Source of the DNA: Clostridiales bacterium
Lineage (GTDB): Bacteria > Bacillota > Clostridia > Oscillospirales > Oscillospiraceae
Reading direction: 5' to 3'
Length of the DNA stretch: 64,000 nt
Assembly (NCBI GenBank): GCA_004554585.1
Contig: SFLH01000008.1
Location: 21,178-85,177, forward strand
Shown: positions 26,972 through 35,299 of the stretch, piece by piece
Position numbering within the stretch: position 1 is the first letter of the stretch
Layout of the letters: each line of letters begins with the position of its first letter
Position numbers and translations under genes: made by a program
The notes under the pieces: generated by a model
What the model was told of the DNA's origin: nothing
Seen by the model: only the letters and a program-made list of their open reading frames with translations
Database searches by the model: none

Positions 26972-27657
26972 GCGACCAGTTCGAAGCGCGCCTGCGCCAA
27001 GCCGTCTGCGAAGCAGGGGACCTGCTGGACGCTTCCCTCCCCCCTGCCGACCAGTGCGACCACCTCTTCTCCCCGGCGTTCGAGCAAAAGATGGAAAAGT
27101 TCCTGCGCCGCCGCAAGCGCCTGTCGGTCTACCGCGGGCTCCAGCGGGCAGCCTGCCTGTTTTTGGCCTGCTTGCTGAGCGGGGCAGTGCTGCTGTCCAC
27201 CAACGCACAGGCCCGGGAGGCCCTTTTCGGGTGGGTGCGTGAGCAAGTTGAAAGTGCCCAGCGGTACTTTTTCCAAGGGGAAGGCATTCCGACCTCGAGC
27301 ATTGTCCATTATCAAATTGACGTGCCCGAAGGGTATTGGCTAAGCGACCAAATGCAGGGAGAATCTTACTTCTACTTCTTTTACGTCGGTGAAGACGGTC
27401 TGTATTTGGACTTCCTCTATCAGTACAATACCGTAAACTCTACAGCAGAAACTTATGTTACAGACACCGATGCAACGATGATAGAAACAGAAGTCCAAGG
27501 AAATCCTGCGGATCTCTACATTTCCAACGATCCAAATGCCTCAAACACAGTCATTTGGATGGACAAAAAAACTGGCGCACTCATTGAAGTGACTGCATTT
27601 GTTCCTCAAGAGGAATTGATGGCGCTGGCCGAAAGTGTTTCTCCCGTAGAAAAATAA
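26968..27657 (+). CDS. membrane-anchored anti-sigma factor candidate (DUF4367-like extracytoplasmic domain)
   Basis: ATGA overlap with the sigma stop. 229 aa with a short cytoplasmic N terminus, TM (AACLFLACLLSGAVLLS) and a beta-rich outside domain. The architecture and position are typical of sigma partners in Clostridia. Confidence 0.7.
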   Translation: MSDQFEARLRQAVCEAGDLLDASLPPADQCDHLFSPAFEQKMEKFLRRRKRLSVYRGLQRAACLFLACLLSGAVLLSTNAQAREALFGWVREQVESAQRYFFQGEGIPTSSIVHYQIDVPEGYWLSDQMQGESYFYFFYVGEDGLYLDFLYQYNTVNSTAETYVTDTDATMIETEVQGNPADLYISNDPNASNTVIWMDKKTGALIEVTAFVPQEELMALAESVSPVEK

Positions 27658-27752
27658 TTTTTATTGAAAAATTTTTTTAGATTGTGCGTCACATATCGCC
27701 TCCCTCGTTCGTTACTATAGTTGAAACGACACGAAGGGAGGTGATTCTTTTG
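27647..27752 (+). repeat. direct repeat copy 1 (last codons of the anti-sigma gene + promoter cassette + SD + start)
   Basis: GTAGAAAAATAATTTTTATTGAAAAATTTTTTTAGATTGTGCGTCACATATCGCCTCCCTCGTTCGTTACTATAGTTGAAACGACACGAAGGGAGGTGATTCTTTTG. Near-identical copy at 29168-29270. Confidence 0.85.
27686..27726 (+). promoter_or_regulatory. ECF-type promoter motif copy B
   Basis: GCGTCACA (27686-27693), 15 nt, TCGTTACTATAGTTGAAA (27709-27726). Preceded by an A/T tract. Confidence 0.5.
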
Positions 27753-28106
27753 AAACGACAACTACTGGCAGTATCCTTGGTCTTGGTGATGTTGCTGGGC
27801 ATTGCCGCACAGGCGTCTGGCCCTATGAAAGTACCAATCGCAAAACCCGCCTTAGTGTTTAATGGGACCACAGCAACTTGTACCGCCTATGTTCGTGGAA
27901 ATAGCGCAACAGATACCGTTGCAGCCACCGTCAAACTCTGGACCGGCAGCACCTGTTTACGAACTTGGACTGCACGCGCCAAAACCTCTGTCAAGATTGA
28001 GGAAACTGCTACCGTCTCCCGAGGCAAGACCTACAAGCTGACCGTAGACTACACAGTCAACGGCGTCAAGCAACCCCAGAAATCTGTCACAAGAACTTGT
28101 CCGTAA
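27750..28106 (+). CDS. small secreted beta-rich protein, unknown function
   Basis: TTG 27750 lies 8 nt after GGAGG. MKRQLLAVSLVLVMLLGIAAQASGP... (signal peptide), 118 aa, Thr/Val-rich. Confidence 0.65.
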   Translation: MKRQLLAVSLVLVMLLGIAAQASGPMKVPIAKPALVFNGTTATCTAYVRGNSATDTVAATVKLWTGSTCLRTWTARAKTSVKIEETATVSRGKTYKLTVDYTVNGVKQPQKSVTRTCP

Positions 28107-28159
28107 CCGCCCCCGAGAAGAATCCGTAACTAATCTTCCCTATAAAAAAGGAGGCCATT

Positions 28160-28834
28160 ATGAAAAAGCGCATGATTTCGTTTGCATTGTCCTTGACCCT
28201 CATTCTTATTTTAGCAATTCCTGTCGGCGCTGCCGTGTCTCTCGATGATACTGTTGAACCAACGACACTTGAAACAATTCATGACATTTTTACTCACAAA
28301 GGTACTTGTCAAGTCTTTGACTCTAACGGAAATGATATTACCACCATATTCTTGCAGAGAAATCAATCCAATTATGACAATGAAAATTTCGCCGCCATTG
28401 CCAAAGACATGGGAGACAACGGTGTGTGTACCTTTGAACCAACGCAACCTACCGCTCCAACAATCGCCCCCAGAATCGATCTTTGGACCAGCGTAACCTG
28501 TAAAATTACTATGACCTACAAATACAACGGGACCAAAACTGCCACTGCCGAAACACACCCTCGCGTTAAAGCATATGTGCACGATTCGACTGGTAACTTT
28601 ATTTCGGTAAACCCTGCTGTTTTAGAAAACTCCAAAAGTGGTCTTACTGGTGCCACAGTATCTGGAGGCGGTCACGATGTACTCATCGATGGCGGCAATA
28701 GCAGAACAAGCCAACAGGTTCACTTCAGAGTATCGAAAAATGGGAAATCCGTTTATTCCAACTGGTCTACTGTCTGGTGGGCTGGTCAAAACACACTGAA
28801 AGCTACTCGAATTGATCTGGTAGGGTCTCTATAA
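28160..28834 (+). CDS. secreted protein, unknown function
   Basis: GGAGG SD. MKKRMISFALSLTLILILAIPVGAAVS... (signal peptide), 224 aa. Lower GC than its surroundings. Confidence 0.7.
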   Translation: MKKRMISFALSLTLILILAIPVGAAVSLDDTVEPTTLETIHDIFTHKGTCQVFDSNGNDITTIFLQRNQSNYDNENFAAIAKDMGDNGVCTFEPTQPTAPTIAPRIDLWTSVTCKITMTYKYNGTKTATAETHPRVKAYVHDSTGNFISVNPAVLENSKSGLTGATVSGGGHDVLIDGGNSRTSQQVHFRVSKNGKSVYSNWSTVWWAGQNTLKATRIDLVGSL

Positions 28835-28862
28835 ACAGAATCTCTTAAACGAGGGGGTTACC

Positions 28863-29179
28863 ACGAAACCTATCCTTTCTTCTGTTTTTCTGATTTCCCC
28901 GCGTTTCTCTTTCGATCTGACCACCTATAGCAGGGAGAAACCTCCTGCCAACCAAGATCTGCTCACCTTCCACGACATAGAGGTCAACAGGGAACGCACT
29001 CTAGGGATGCCCTAGCAGGAATCGTAAAAGTCCTACCAGAGCTCACCTACCCTATCGATTGGACAGGCTGCGGTACCATCACCTACTTCCCCTACACCGT
29101 TAACCATCTGACCACCAACGATAGCCTGCCCCGGGGCAGCACCGAAGTCGATGTGCTGCCCCGGGCAGTAGAAAAATAA
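28863..29179 (+). pseudogene. decayed paralog of the MKRIF lipoprotein family (compare 31073-31687)
   Basis: Own translation: ACG replaces ATG after a GGGGG SD. TKPILSSVFLISPRFSFDLTTYSREKPPANQDLLTFHDIEVNRERTLGMP*. After a frameshift it continues ..KVLPELTYPIDWTGCGTITYFPYTVNHLTT..LPRGSTEVDVL... The lipobox Cys is replaced by Tyr and there is an internal deletion. Confidence 0.6.
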
Positions 29180-29270
29180 TTTTTTGAAAAATTTTTAGAT
29201 TGTGCGTCACATATCACCTCCCTCGTTCGTTATTATAGGTGAAACAACAGAAAGGGAGGTGATTGTTATG
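29168..29270 (+). repeat. direct repeat copy 2
   Basis: GTAGAAAAATAATTTTTTGAAAAATTTTTAGATTGTGCGTCACATATCACCTCCCTCGTTCGTTATTATAGGTGAAACAACAGAAAGGGAGGTGATTGTTATG. Confidence 0.85.
29204..29244 (+). promoter_or_regulatory. ECF-type promoter motif copy C
   Basis: GCGTCACA (29204-29211), 15 nt, TCGTTATTATAGGTGAAA (29227-29244). Confidence 0.45.
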
Positions 29271-29414
29271 GGGAAACCGTTTTGGCGGTCAGTCTCTCGT
29301 CCATCCGTGGCGTGTGATTGCTAATGCAAAGAATGGTACGCTGACGGCGTATCTTGCCCCCTGACGACTCCTTTTCCCTACGAAATGCAAACCCGTGTCA
29401 TAGGAGAGATCATC

Positions 29415-30056
29415 ATGAAACGCATCTTCATTCCTGTTCTTTTCATTTCCTTAGTTTCCCTCTTCTCTCTAACCGGCTGCGGCCAGAGCAAGACCGCAGC
29501 TGAGACTCCCCTCCCTCAACCTACAGACGGCGCCCCCTCCTCTGTCTCCCTCACCTCCCTGCACCACCGCTCCGGGGCACTGGATCTCCGGCTGGGTATG
29601 ACCCAACAGCAGGTAGAAACCGCCTTAGCCGCTCAGAACATCCTGCCTCTGGACAACCAAAAGCCCACAGAGCCCAACCAGCTCTGGCCCGTCATCTATG
29701 GCAAAGATCAGGACAGTGTGGAAGTCTGCTATGATGGCAGAACCGACACGGTGGTCCAGTTGAAAGTGCAAAAGAACTACGAAAGCCAAAACAGCTCCAA
29801 CTGGAGCGCCGGCGGCGCTGTTTCTTTAAGTAGCAGCAAGGCAGACATGGAAAATGCCTACGGCACCGATGCCACAGAAAAGGGCAGTCTCCACAGCTAC
29901 TACTTTGACACCAACGGCAAACCTTGCAGCAACGACACCGACACCTGTCAAGGGATCGTCAGCTTTGACCTAGATGATGCCGGGGAGGTCATCTATCTGG
30001 ACATCATCCAGGCCTCCACAGAGGGACAAGTCTCCGACAACGCCCAAAGTCAGTGA
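29415..30056 (+). CDS. lipoprotein, MKRIF family, unknown function
   Basis: AGGAGA SD. MKRIFIPVLFISLVSLFSLTGCGQ (lipobox). LRLGMTQQQVETAL and SLHSYYFDTNGKP parallel LTLGMTRQEAEKVL and VHLSYYYDADGTL in the 31073 gene. Confidence 0.75.
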   Translation: MKRIFIPVLFISLVSLFSLTGCGQSKTAAETPLPQPTDGAPSSVSLTSLHHRSGALDLRLGMTQQQVETALAAQNILPLDNQKPTEPNQLWPVIYGKDQDSVEVCYDGRTDTVVQLKVQKNYESQNSSNWSAGGAVSLSSSKADMENAYGTDATEKGSLHSYYFDTNGKPCSNDTDTCQGIVSFDLDDAGEVIYLDIIQASTEGQVSDNAQSQ

Positions 30057-30093
30057 GGCAGCCTTCTCCCTGAGAACCAAAGGGTCTGCAATT

Positions 30094-30228
30094 ATGTCCC
30101 CAGAAAGAAACTCCCCCATGCGAAAAAACATTCTCTTTCCCCTTCTCTGCACCCTGTTGCTGTGCGGCTGCGGCGCCAGGCCGGACAGCGCCGACGCCTG
30201 GCCCTCCCAGGACCAGGACGCCGCATAA
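30094..30228 (+). CDS. possible very small lipoprotein
   Basis: MSPERNSPMRKNILFPLLCTLLLCGCGARPDSADAWPSQDQDAA, lipobox LLCGC. The SD is weak and the start is ambiguous (30094 or 30118). Confidence 0.35.
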   Translation: MSPERNSPMRKNILFPLLCTLLLCGCGARPDSADAWPSQDQDAA

Positions 30229-30417
30229 CCGGCGGGAGGGGCCGGGCCACCAGGCCCATGATCTGGGGTGCCGCGCGGCCTGCTGTGTCCGCTGTTCCCT
30301 TTCCCGGAGGCAGATTTTTTCGATGGTGAGTCCCTCCGTATCCCAGCGCGAAAGCGCCGGAATATGGAGAGGCAGCGTTCTTCTTATTGCCTGAACTCCA
30401 ATTTTTGAGGTTTTCCT

Positions 30418-30891
30418 ATGAGCGTTTTTCCCTTAACCGGAAAGCGAAAAAAGATCGCAAAAATTATTGTCGCGTGCATCGCCTGCATCGCTTGCTTGAC
30501 CATAGTATCGTCGATCTATCGCTCTGTCCAACTGGAATCCATCTATGATCTTCCTGAAAACGAAGTCGTTTATCATCTGGATCAGTACAGCACCTCGTCC
30601 AAGGAAAACAGCACAGATCATACCCTCTCTTCCACGTTCTGGTGGCTTTCCGGCGCTTGTCCCATCGGTTCCTTGCAGCTGCCCCAGGCGCAGGTCTGCA
30701 CGGTCTCCGCGCGGCAGTCCATCGGCGCGATCAAGCTGTTCTTTTTCCCGCAAGAGGGAACCCCCGTTGTTTGGGCGCCCACAGATGATCCCTCCCTCCA
30801 CCTCGCCGCTGGTTCTTACGAGGTGTATGGCATCGGAAAGCACTTCTTCGGCTCCGTTGAAATTGCTCTTCCTCCACAAAGCCAGCCCTAA
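30418..30891 (+). CDS. membrane-anchored protein, unknown function
   Basis: 157 aa with an N-terminal TM (IAKIIVACIACIACLTIVSSI). GAGG SD. Confidence 0.6.
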   Translation: MSVFPLTGKRKKIAKIIVACIACIACLTIVSSIYRSVQLESIYDLPENEVVYHLDQYSTSSKENSTDHTLSSTFWWLSGACPIGSLQLPQAQVCTVSARQSIGAIKLFFFPQEGTPVVWAPTDDPSLHLAAGSYEVYGIGKHFFGSVEIALPPQSQP

Positions 30892-31072
30892 GCCAGAGCT
30901 AGGAGGTGCGTACCCTGCATTGGAACCCAAACACCATCCGCGCCTTTGTGTTGGATCCCCTGGACCTGCCAACAGAGTTCCTGTAAGGACGTTTTCCCAC
31001 AGGGATATCTTCCGACGCCCCCGCCCTGTATAACATACCAACCCACACAGTACTTCACTTGGAGGAATTGCT

Positions 31073-31687
31073 ATGAAACGTATCTTTGGTTCTGTTCTTC
31101 TGCTTTCCCTGCTTTGCGCCTTCGCCCTGACCGCCTGCGGTGAGGAGAAGCCTGCCGCCGACCAGGGCCCGCTCACCTTCCGCAACACGGAGACCAGCGG
31201 GGTGCTCACCCTGGGAATGACCCGGCAGGAAGCGGAAAAGGTTCTGGCCGAAGACCCGTCCACCCTCGCCCAGCCTGCCGACTGGACCGGCAGCGGCACC
31301 ATCACCTACTACCCCTACACCGCCGACCACCTGACCATCTATTATGACAAAGACGTGGTGGCCTGGCTGGACGCCGGCCAAATGGAGGCCAACGTTCCCT
31401 CCCACTGGACCATCTATGACAACCTGACCCGGGGCAGCGCCGAGGCCGATGTGCTGGCCCAGTATGGGCAGCCCCTGGATCAAAACCAGCAGACTGCCTC
31501 GGACGGCACCGTCCACCTGTCCTATTACTATGACGCCGACGGAACCCTGATGGGGGAAGAAAACGGCTCGGCCGCCTATGTGGCCCTTCTGGATGTCCGC
31601 GACGGGACCCTGTTGGGGTATCAGGCCGCCCTCACCTCCATCTCCTCGGCCAGCCTTGCGGAGGAGACGCCGGCATCTGCAGGCTGA
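31073..31687 (+). CDS. lipoprotein, MKRIF family, unknown function
   Basis: GGAGG SD. MKRIFGSVLLLSLLCAFALTACGEEKP (lipobox). 204 aa. Confidence 0.75.
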   Translation: MKRIFGSVLLLSLLCAFALTACGEEKPAADQGPLTFRNTETSGVLTLGMTRQEAEKVLAEDPSTLAQPADWTGSGTITYYPYTADHLTIYYDKDVVAWLDAGQMEANVPSHWTIYDNLTRGSAEADVLAQYGQPLDQNQQTASDGTVHLSYYYDADGTLMGEENGSAAYVALLDVRDGTLLGYQAALTSISSASLAEETPASAG

Positions 31688-31735
31688 TCTTTCCCGTTCC
31701 ACTGGACCAGGCTGGCAAACCCACCCATCCCTCCC

Positions 31736-31768
31736 CTTCCCGGCGCTTTCGCGCCGGGAAGTTTTTTG
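31736..31768 (+). terminator. rho-independent terminator
   Basis: CTTCCCGGCGC TTTC GCGCCGGGAAG followed by TTTTTT. Confidence 0.65.
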
Positions 31769-31915
31769 GCCTGCCCGTTTCCTTCCAAATTGGGGCTGTC
31801 CTGACCCCATCCAACCCAAAGGCCTGCTTCTGTGTGCGGGGATCACTGGACATCGGCGGCCAGATGGTGTATCCTTATTCCCACAACACCCCACCGGGGA
31901 GAAAGGACGTGGCCC

Positions 31916-32254
31916 ATGGACACCTGCCCCTATTGCAAATTGGAAATCTTCGTGCCCCCCTCCCATCTGGAAGCGGTGGCAGAGGCCCTGGCCCAGGCGG
32001 ACGCCGGGCACATCGGCCAGTATGACCGCTGCCTGTCCTTCTCCCCCGTCACCAGCCGCTGGCGGCCCCTGGCGGGGACCCATCCCTACCTGGGCACCCC
32101 AGGGCAGGTCAGCCAGGAGGAAGAGCTCAAGGTGGAGGTCACCTGTTCCACCGACCAGGCCCCGACCGCCGTGGCCGCCGTGAAGGCCGTCCACCCCTAT
32201 GAGGAGCCGGTGATCAACGTCATCCCCCTGCTGGGCGTGGGGATATCACGATAA
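31916..32254 (+). CDS. YqfO/COG3323-like small protein (Nif3-insert, PII-like fold)
   Basis: MDTCPYCKLEIFVPPSHLEAVAEALAQADAGHIGQYDRCLSFSPV...AVHPYEEPVINVIPL. ATG 31916 with an AAAGGA SD. Confidence 0.6.
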   Translation: MDTCPYCKLEIFVPPSHLEAVAEALAQADAGHIGQYDRCLSFSPVTSRWRPLAGTHPYLGTPGQVSQEEELKVEVTCSTDQAPTAVAAVKAVHPYEEPVINVIPLLGVGISR

Positions 32255-32272
32255 GATGCGGGAGGCAGAACC

Positions 32273-33478
32273 ATGCTGACATTGGATAAAATCTATCACG
32301 CCGCCTTTGTGCTGAAAAAGGTGGCCCGCAAGACCGACCTGATCAAAGCCACCAAGCTCTCCGACCAGTGCGAGCTGTACCTGAAAACCGAGAATCTTCA
32401 GGAGACCGGCAGCTTCAAGCTCCGGGGGGCTTACTATAAAATCAGCCAGCTCACCGACGAGGAAAAGGCCCGGGGCATCCTGGCCTGCAGCGCCGGCAAC
32501 CACGCCCAGGGGGTGGCCATGGCCGCCACCCAAAGCGGTATCCAGGCCCTAATTTACATGCCCGATGGGGCGCCTATCAGCAAGGTGGAGGCCACCAAGC
32601 AGTTGGGAGCGGAGGTCCGGCTGGTGAAAGGGGTTTACGACGACGCCTACGCCGCCGCCATGCAGCACCAGGCCGAGACTGGGGCCACCTTCATCCACCC
32701 CTTCGACGACGACCAGGTCATCGCCGGCCAAGGCACCATTGGCCTGGAGATTCTGGACGAGCTGGAAAACCCCGACGCCGTGGTGGTTCCCATCGGCGGC
32801 GGCGGGCTGATCTCCGGGGTGGCCTACGCCATCAAGCACTTAAACCCCAAGGTGAAGATCTACGGCGTCCAGGCCGCTCGGGCCGCCAGCATGGCCGAGA
32901 GCCAGAAGGCCGGTGGGCCCATCACCCTGGACCGGGCAGACACCTTCGCCGACGGCATCGCCGTCAAGCACCCGGGAGACCTGACCTATCAGCTGGTCCA
33001 GGACTACGTGGACGAGATCGTCACCGTCACCGAGGACGAGATCGCCACTGCCATTCTCTCTCTGCTGGAAAAGCAGAAGGTCATCGCCGAAGGGGCCGGG
33101 GCAGTGAGCGTGGCCGCCGTCCTCTTTGGCAAGATCCCTGTCCAAGGAAAGAAAGTGGTGTGTATCGTCTCCGGGGGCAACATCGACGTGAACATCCTCA
33201 GCCGGGTCATCACCCGGGGGCTGGTGACCAGCGGACGGAACGTGAACCTCACCATCGCCCTGACGGACAAGCCCGGCCAGCTCATGGAGGTGGCCGACAT
33301 CGTCTCCCGGTGCGGGGGCAACGTGGTCTCCGTCCACCACGACCGGGGCGAGGCCAACATGGCCATCACCAGCTGCTTCCTCAAGCTGGGGCTGGAGACC
33401 CGGGACCAGGCCCAAATCGACCAGATCAAAGGAGAGCTCACCCAGGCGGGCTTCCAGCTGGTGACCGAGCGGGTGTAA
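32273..33478 (+). CDS. ilvA: threonine ammonia-lyase (threonine dehydratase) with C-terminal ACT-like domain
   Basis: ...ENLQETGSFKLRGAYYKISQL...ACSAGNHAQGVAMAA...VPIGGGGLISG. Confidence 0.9.
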   Translation: MLTLDKIYHAAFVLKKVARKTDLIKATKLSDQCELYLKTENLQETGSFKLRGAYYKISQLTDEEKARGILACSAGNHAQGVAMAATQSGIQALIYMPDGAPISKVEATKQLGAEVRLVKGVYDDAYAAAMQHQAETGATFIHPFDDDQVIAGQGTIGLEILDELENPDAVVVPIGGGGLISGVAYAIKHLNPKVKIYGVQAARAASMAESQKAGGPITLDRADTFADGIAVKHPGDLTYQLVQDYVDEIVTVTEDEIATAILSLLEKQKVIAEGAGAVSVAAVLFGKIPVQGKKVVCIVSGGNIDVNILSRVITRGLVTSGRNVNLTIALTDKPGQLMEVADIVSRCGGNVVSVHHDRGEANMAITSCFLKLGLETRDQAQIDQIKGELTQAGFQLVTERV

Positions 33479-33673
33479 GCCCCCCAACTGCCATCCCTCG
33501 AAAGAATTCCTACTTCTTTTGGGGGATTTTGTTGCTTTCTGCCCTTGACACCATCGCCCCGCTGTGCCACAATGCTAAGCTGTTGAGGGGCACGTTCCCC
33601 TGTCAGTAAAATCCAGCCTGCGGCAGAGCCCCTTTCCCAGCTACCGCCGCGCACAGCAAGGAGGTTGCGCAAT

Positions 33674-35101
33674 ATGCCTACCTATCAATCTCTCACCCCA
33701 GAGCTCATCACCCAGCTGGAGGCCATTGCCCCCGGCCGGGTCACCGCCGGCCCCGACGTGAATCCCGACTACGCCCGGGATGAAATGCCCATCTACGGTA
33801 CCCACGCCCCAGAGGCCGCCGTGGAGGCCCTCTCCACCGAGGAGATCGCCGCGGTGGTCAAGCTCTGTTACGACCACAACATCCCCGTCACCACCCGGGG
33901 CGCCGGCACCGGGCTGGTGGGCGGCTGCGTTCCGGTGATGGGCGGGGTGCTCATCAGCACCACCCGGATGAATAAAATCCTCTCCTACGACCTGGAAAAC
34001 TTCACCGTCACCCTCCAGCCCGGGGTCCTGCTGCAGCAGCTGGCCGAGGACGCCCTGGCCCATGGCTGCCTCTATCCCCCCGACCCCGGGGAGAAGCTGG
34101 CCACCCTGGGGGGCAACGTCTCCACCAACGCCAGCGGCATGCGGGGGGTGAAGTACGGCGCCACCCGGGATTATGTGAAGGCCATGACCGTGGTCCTTCC
34201 CACCGGGGAGGTCACCTCCTTCGGCTCGGCGGTGTCCAAGACCAGCTCGGGCTACAACCTGCTGCACCTGATGATCGGCTCCGAGGGCACCCTGGGCATC
34301 ATCACCGAGCTGACCTTGAAGCTCATCCCCGCCCCCGGCGCCACCATCAGCCTGGTGGTCCCCTTTGCCGCCCTGGCCCCCTGCATCGCCACGGTGCCCA
34401 AACTCCGCCAGAGCGGCCTGAATCCCCAGGCCATCGAGTTCTTTGAGCGGGAGATCCTTCTCACCTCCGAGGCCTACCTGGAAAAGCAGGTCTTTCCCCG
34501 GGTGATCGACGGCACCGAGGTGGGGGCCTATCTGCTCATCACCTTCGACGGCAATTCCCTCTCCGCCCTGGACGCCACCATCGAGCAGGCCGCCGAGCTC
34601 CTGCTGGCCGAGGGCGCTCTGGACGTGCTGGTGGCCGACACCCCCGCCAAGCTCAAGGAGGCCTGGGCCGCCCGGTCCTCCTTCCTGGAGGGCATCGAGG
34701 AGCAGACCACCCTGCTGGATGAGTGCGACGTGGTGGTCCCCGTGACCCGCATCCCCGAGTACGTGGTCTACGCCGACAGCCTGGCCAAGCACTACGACTT
34801 CCGCCTGCAGTATTTTGGCCACGCCGGAGACGGCAACCTGCACATCTACACCTGCTCCAACGACATGGACCGGGAGGAATTCCTGGCCCAGGTGGACGAC
34901 TTTATGACCAAGCTCTATGCCAAGACCATGGCCCTGGGGGGCCAGATCTCCGGTGAGCACGGCATCGGCCGGGGCAAAATCAAATACCTGGCCCAGGCCG
35001 TGGGGGAGACCAACATCGCCCTCATGCGGGGCATCAAGCAGGTCTTTGACCCCAAAATGATCCTCAACCCCGGCAAGATTTTCTCCCTGCCTGAGGACTG
35101 A
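33674..35101 (+). CDS. FAD-linked oxidase (GlcD / D-lactate dehydrogenase-like)
   Basis: ...VVKLCYDHNIPVTTRGAGTGLVGG...GGNVSTNASGMRGVKYG...GEHGIGRGKIKYL. ATG 33674 follows a GGAGG. Confidence 0.85.
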   Translation: MPTYQSLTPELITQLEAIAPGRVTAGPDVNPDYARDEMPIYGTHAPEAAVEALSTEEIAAVVKLCYDHNIPVTTRGAGTGLVGGCVPVMGGVLISTTRMNKILSYDLENFTVTLQPGVLLQQLAEDALAHGCLYPPDPGEKLATLGGNVSTNASGMRGVKYGATRDYVKAMTVVLPTGEVTSFGSAVSKTSSGYNLLHLMIGSEGTLGIITELTLKLIPAPGATISLVVPFAALAPCIATVPKLRQSGLNPQAIEFFEREILLTSEAYLEKQVFPRVIDGTEVGAYLLITFDGNSLSALDATIEQAAELLLAEGALDVLVADTPAKLKEAWAARSSFLEGIEEQTTLLDECDVVVPVTRIPEYVVYADSLAKHYDFRLQYFGHAGDGNLHIYTCSNDMDREEFLAQVDDFMTKLYAKTMALGGQISGEHGIGRGKIKYLAQAVGETNIALMRGIKQVFDPKMILNPGKIFSLPED

Positions 35102-35141
35102 CCCTCCCCCGCCGCAAAGAAAACAACCTGCCCCCTTCCAA

Positions 35142-35175
35142 GGCGTGCCGCCCTCGTGGCGGCACGCCCTTTTCT
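35142..35175 (+). terminator. rho-independent terminator
   Basis: GGCGTGCCGCC / GGCGGCACGCC (35142-35152 / 35158-35168), then CTTTTC. Confidence 0.6.
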
Positions 35176-35299
35176 ATTCCGGCAGTGACTGTGTGTCTTT
35201 TTTGTAAACTTATGGAAGATTGTCTCGAATATCCCTTGACATTGTCGAAAGGTCCTGTTAACCTAATGCTGCGTATTATATAACAAGGAGGCAAGAATT

